In this document: positions 15,381 through 18,196 of the stretch, one piece after another
How positions within the stretch are numbered: the first letter of the stretch is position 1
Layout of the letters: the number at the start of each line of letters is the position of its first letter
Assembly: GCA_046262595.1 (NCBI GenBank)
Contig: JBHEMM010000005.1
Coordinates: forward strand, 34,806-53,001
DNA from: Vulcanimicrobiaceae bacterium
Lineage (GTDB): Bacteria; Vulcanimicrobiota; Vulcanimicrobiia; Vulcanimicrobiales; Vulcanimicrobiaceae
Length of the DNA: 18,196 nt
Reading direction: 5' to 3'
Program-made: the position numbers and the translations under genes
Notes under the pieces: model-generated
Told to the model about the DNA's origin: nothing
The model's input: only the letters and a program-made list of their open reading frames with translations
The model's database searches: none

Positions 15381-16105
15381 TCTCCGGCGAGCCGTTCGCG
15401 CGCAACGAGTTCGTTCGCGCGGTACAAGCTCTCGAACTGGCCGGCGTCGGTCCACCATCCTGCCAGGATGTCGTAGAAGAGATCGCCTTCCTTGATATAG
15501 GCGTTGTTGACGTCGGTGATCTCGAGTTCGCCGCGCGCGGAGGGCTTTAACCGCTTGCAAAAGTCAAAGACGCGCCGGTCATACATGTAGATGCCCGTCA
15601 CAGCATACGTGCTGGCGGGCGTTTGCGGCTTTTCTTCGATGCGCACGATGCGCGAGCCGTCGAGCTCGGGGCACCCGAAGCGCTGCGGATCGTCCACTTC
15701 CTTGAGCAGAATGCGCGCGCCCGAATCTTGGTCCTCGAACTTGCGCACGTACGGCGTGATGTCGTCTTGAACGATATTGTCGCCCAAAATGACGGCGATG
15801 CGTTCGCCTTCTGCGAAATGCTCGCACAGTTTGAGCGCGTCGGCGATGCCCCCTTCGCCTTCCTGATACGTGTAGTAAATATCTTTGAGCCCAAATTCGC
15901 GCCCGTTCCCGAGCAGCCGCAGAAAATCGCCGGCGGAATTTCCACCAGTCACGATCATGATATCCTTGATGCCGGCGCGCACCAGCGTTTCGATGGGATA
16001 GTAGATCATGGGCTTGTCGTAGATCGGCAGCAGATGTTTATTGGTCACCTTGGTCAACGGCCTCAACCGCGACCCCAAACCGCCCGCTAAAATGATGCCC
16101 TTCAT
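15347..16105 (-). CDS. rmlA: Sugar-1-phosphate nucleotidyltransferase, short RmlA/SpsI-like glucose-1-phosphate thymidylyltransferase
   Basis: MKGIILAGGLGSRLRPLT..TNKHLLPIYDKPMIYYP, YQ...GIADA, ILGDNI, IEEKP, AVTGIYMYD, PSARGELEITDVN, WWTDAG. Confidence 0.88.
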   Translation of the reverse strand: MKGIILAGGLGSRLRPLTKVTNKHLLPIYDKPMIYYPIETLVRAGIKDIMIVTGGNSAGDFLRLLGNGREFGLKDIYYTYQEGEGGIADALKLCEHFAEGERIAVILGDNIVQDDITPYVRKFEDQDSGARILLKEVDDPQRFGCPELDGSRIVRIEEKPQTPASTYAVTGIYMYDRRVFDFCKRLKPSARGELEITDVNNAYIKEGDLFYDILAGWWTDAGQFESLYRANELVARERLAGDYAPGVASTIN

Positions 16106-16221
16106 CGCTTCTCACCGCCACCTTCTCGAAGGACAACCGCGCGCGCCGTACGTGACTGGACGCCTCGAGAAGGCCGGCCGTTCGATACGCTCACGGTGAC
16201 ACACCGGCGTTGCCCGCCGAA

Positions 16222-17226
16222 TTAACGATGTGCATACTGCCTCTTATAATACTGCAGGAACTCGCCGTTCTTGAGCGGCCGCCACCACGGTTCGTTCTCG
16301 CGGTACCATTGCACCGTTTCCCGCAGCCCTTGCTCGAAAGCGATTTGCGGCGACCACCCCAGTGCTCGCACGTTGCTGCAATCGATCGCATAGCGGCGGT
16401 CGTGCCCCTCGCGGTCGGCAACGTGTTTCACGTGCGTCTCCATCGAACATCCGCACTGCGAGACGAGGATGCGGGTGATCTCGATGTTCGTAGTGGCGTT
16501 ACCGCCGCCGACGTTGTAAACGTTGCCCGGGTCGCCGCGCTCGAGCACGCACAGAATGCCGCGCGCGTGATCCTCCGCGTGCAGCCAGTCGCGAACCTGC
16601 AGGCCGTCGCCATAGACCGGCACGGGTTCGCCGTCGATGAGGTTGGTTACGAAAAGCGGAATCAGTTTCTCGGGATACTGGTACGGTCCGTACGTGTTCG
16701 ATCCGCGCGTGATGAGCACCGGCGTGCCGAACGTGCTCCAGTAGGCGAGCACTTGAAGATCGCCGCCCGCTTTGCTCGCGCTGTAGGGACTGCGCGGCCG
16801 CAACGGGTCGGTTTCCGTCGATTCGCCTTGCGGCACGTCGCCGTAAACTTCGTCGGTCGAGACTTGCACGAAGCGCCCGATGCGGTGTTTGCGGACCGCC
16901 TCGAGGAGCACGTGCGTCCCCAGGACATCGGTACGGAGAAAAGCCTCGGGGTCCAGAATGGAGCGATCGACGTGCGTTTCGGCGGCGAAGTTCACGATCG
17001 CATCGACACCCTCGCCGATAGCCGCCTCGACGGCCTGCGCATCGCAGATGTCGCCCTTGATGAAGCGGTAGCGCGGGTCGGCCTGCACTGCGGCGCAGTT
17101 CGCTGGATTGCCCGCGTAGGTCATGGCGTCCAAGTTGGCAATCCGCACGCTGGGCCGCTCGCGGAGCACCTGGCGGATGAAAGTGGACCCGATAAAGCCG
17201 AGGCCGCCGGTCACTAAGAGGCGCAT
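16222..17226 (-). CDS. rfbB: dTDP-glucose 4,6-dehydratase
   Basis: LLVTGGLGFIGS, DAMTYAGN, FAAETHVDRSI, STDEVYG, SPYSASKA, SNTYGPYQYPEKLIP, YGDGLQVRDW, GHDRRYA. Confidence 0.95.
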   Translation of the reverse strand: MRLLVTGGLGFIGSTFIRQVLRERPSVRIANLDAMTYAGNPANCAAVQADPRYRFIKGDICDAQAVEAAIGEGVDAIVNFAAETHVDRSILDPEAFLRTDVLGTHVLLEAVRKHRIGRFVQVSTDEVYGDVPQGESTETDPLRPRSPYSASKAGGDLQVLAYWSTFGTPVLITRGSNTYGPYQYPEKLIPLFVTNLIDGEPVPVYGDGLQVRDWLHAEDHARGILCVLERGDPGNVYNVGGGNATTNIEITRILVSQCGCSMETHVKHVADREGHDRRYAIDCSNVRALGWSPQIAFEQGLRETVQWYRENEPWWRPLKNGEFLQYYKRQYAHR

Positions 17227-17234
17227 CTCTTAAG

Positions 17235-17262
17235 GCTTCGGCACCGCCCGGCGTCATCCTGA
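17235..17262 (-). promoter_or_regulatory. Putative sigma28-like promoter for rfbB-rmlA
   Basis: Minus strand reads TCAGG, 15 nt spacer (ATGACGCCGGGCGGT), GCCGAAGC, then 8 nt (CTTAAGAG) and the ATG. Confidence 0.55.
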
Positions 17263-17345
17263 GGGTCCGCCCGCGGTATGGCGCTCGAGGACTGTATGAC
17301 GCTGATTCCCTCTAGAGCGCCGGGTGGCGGCCGTTACGCGGAACG

Positions 17346-17354
17346 TGTTATACT
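17346..17354 (+). promoter_or_regulatory. Extended -10 housekeeping promoter of rpsB
   Basis: TG-T-TATACT (TGn + TATACT) about 130 nt upstream of rpsB, immediately followed by a structured leader. Confidence 0.7.
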
Positions 17355-17359
17355 CCAAC

Positions 17360-17482
17360 CGCTGCCCCGGACGGGGGTAGCGTCATTTTATCTCGCCCCG
17401 CATGGACGGGGGGCGTCGATGGTCTCAACAGCGCCGGTGCCAGGACGGCCGCCGGCCGGGGTCAGAAGAAAGGTACACCAAC
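17360..17482 (+). promoter_or_regulatory. Structured rpsB 5' leader with three GC-rich hairpins and RBS
   Basis: Hairpins at 17360-17382, 17394-17415 and 17433-17456; AGAAAGG at 17467-17473 before the GTG at 17483. Confidence 0.55.
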
Positions 17483-18196
17483 GTGTCAGTTATTTCTATG
17501 CGCGCCTTGCTCGAAGCAGGCGTCCACTTCGGTCACCAGACCCGGCGCTGGAACCCGAAGATGAAGCCGTACATTTTTCAAGAGCGCAACGGCATCTACA
17601 TCATCGATCTCGCGCTCACCGTGCAGAAGCTGCGCGAAACCTACGAAGCGGTCAAACAGCTTTCCCGCGAGGGCAAAGTCGTGTTGTTCGTCGGCACCAA
17701 AAAACAAGCGCAAGACGTCGTTAAAGAGGAAGCCGAACGCGCGGGAACCTTTTTCGTAAATCAGCGCTGGCTGGGCGGCACGCTCACGAACTTCTCGACG
17801 ATACAAAAGCGCATCGCGCGCCTTCGCGAGCTTGAGAACATGAAGCAGCAAGGCGATTTCGACCGGCTTCCCAAGAAAGAAGTCGCGGTGCTGCAAGAAC
17901 AGATGAACAAGCTCGAGCGCTTCTTGGGCGGCATCAAAGACATGCACCGCCTTCCCGACGCCGTGTTCATCGTGGACCCGAAGAAAGAGCGCATCGCCGT
18001 TCTTGAAGCGCGCAAGCTGAAGATCCCGATCATCGCGGTCATCGATACGAACTGCGATCCCGATGAGATCGACTATCCGATTCCCGGCAACGACGACGCA
18101 ATCCGTGCCGTGAAACTGATGGTCTCGAAGATTGCCGATGCGATTATCGAGGGCCGCACCGAAACCAAGCAGGCGGTGGGCCTCAACGTCCAGCAG
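17483..18196 (+). CDS. rpsB: 30S ribosomal protein S2, 3' truncated by the window edge
   Basis: Not in the ORF track (no stop in window). Manual translation from GTG 17483: [43 protein letters not shown]...[11 protein letters not shown]...[12 protein letters not shown]...[23 protein letters not shown]. Confidence 0.98.
   Translation, partial: MSVISMRALLEAGVHFGHQTRRWNPKMKPYIFQERNGIYIIDLALTVQKLRETYEAVKQLSREGKVVLFVGTKKQAQDVVKEEAERAGTFFVNQRWLGGTLTNFSTIQKRIARLRELENMKQQGDFDRLPKKEVAVLQEQMNKLERFLGGIKDMHRLPDAVFIVDPKKERIAVLEARKLKIPIIAVIDTNCDPDEIDYPIPGNDDAIRAVKLMVSKIADAIIEGRTETKQAVGLNVQQ

Noticed and set aside
17278..17724. 148-aa plus-strand ORF upstream of and overlapping rpsB
   Set aside because: Out of frame with rpsB, spans its promoter and leader, and has no recognisable motif.
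1..18196. CRISPR arrays, tRNA/rRNA genes, IS elements, flagellin gene
   Set aside because: No regularly spaced direct repeats, cloverleaf or rRNA signatures, transposase motifs or flagellin termini were seen; nearly all of the window is accounted for by protein-coding genes.

Overview
GC-rich, very compact bacterial window dominated by a flagellar-filament and glycosylation locus. In order: the 3' part of a degenerate GT4-like gene; a flaG-fliD-fliS-fliT-like operon; an antisense pair (ExeA-family AAA ATPase plus a signal-less DUF11/Pro-rich protein); a pseudaminic-acid cluster (pseB, pseC, SpsF-type pseF, pseG, pseI) that lacks pseH and instead has an N-formyltransferase gene on the opposite strand at that position; a SAM methyltransferase; a GT-B/methyltransferase fusion; convergent rmlB- and rmlA-like genes; and the 5' part of rpsB (missing from the ORF track because it runs off the window). 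Main hypotheses, none tested: (i) the locus makes a 7-N-formyl, possibly methylated, pseudaminic-acid glycan, with the GT-B/MTase fusion as candidate transferase; (ii) a sigma28-like promoter motif recurs upstream of flaG, pseB, rmlB and possibly pseF, placed at pseB and rmlB so as to give leaderless mRNAs; (iii) the ExeA-like ATPase ends in a MinD-like amphipathic tail and is coupled to an unusual partner; (iv) the rpsB leader has three GGAC-loop hairpins. All family assignments are from motif recognition by eye; no searches were run. No flagellin, tRNA, rRNA, CRISPR array or transposase was seen.
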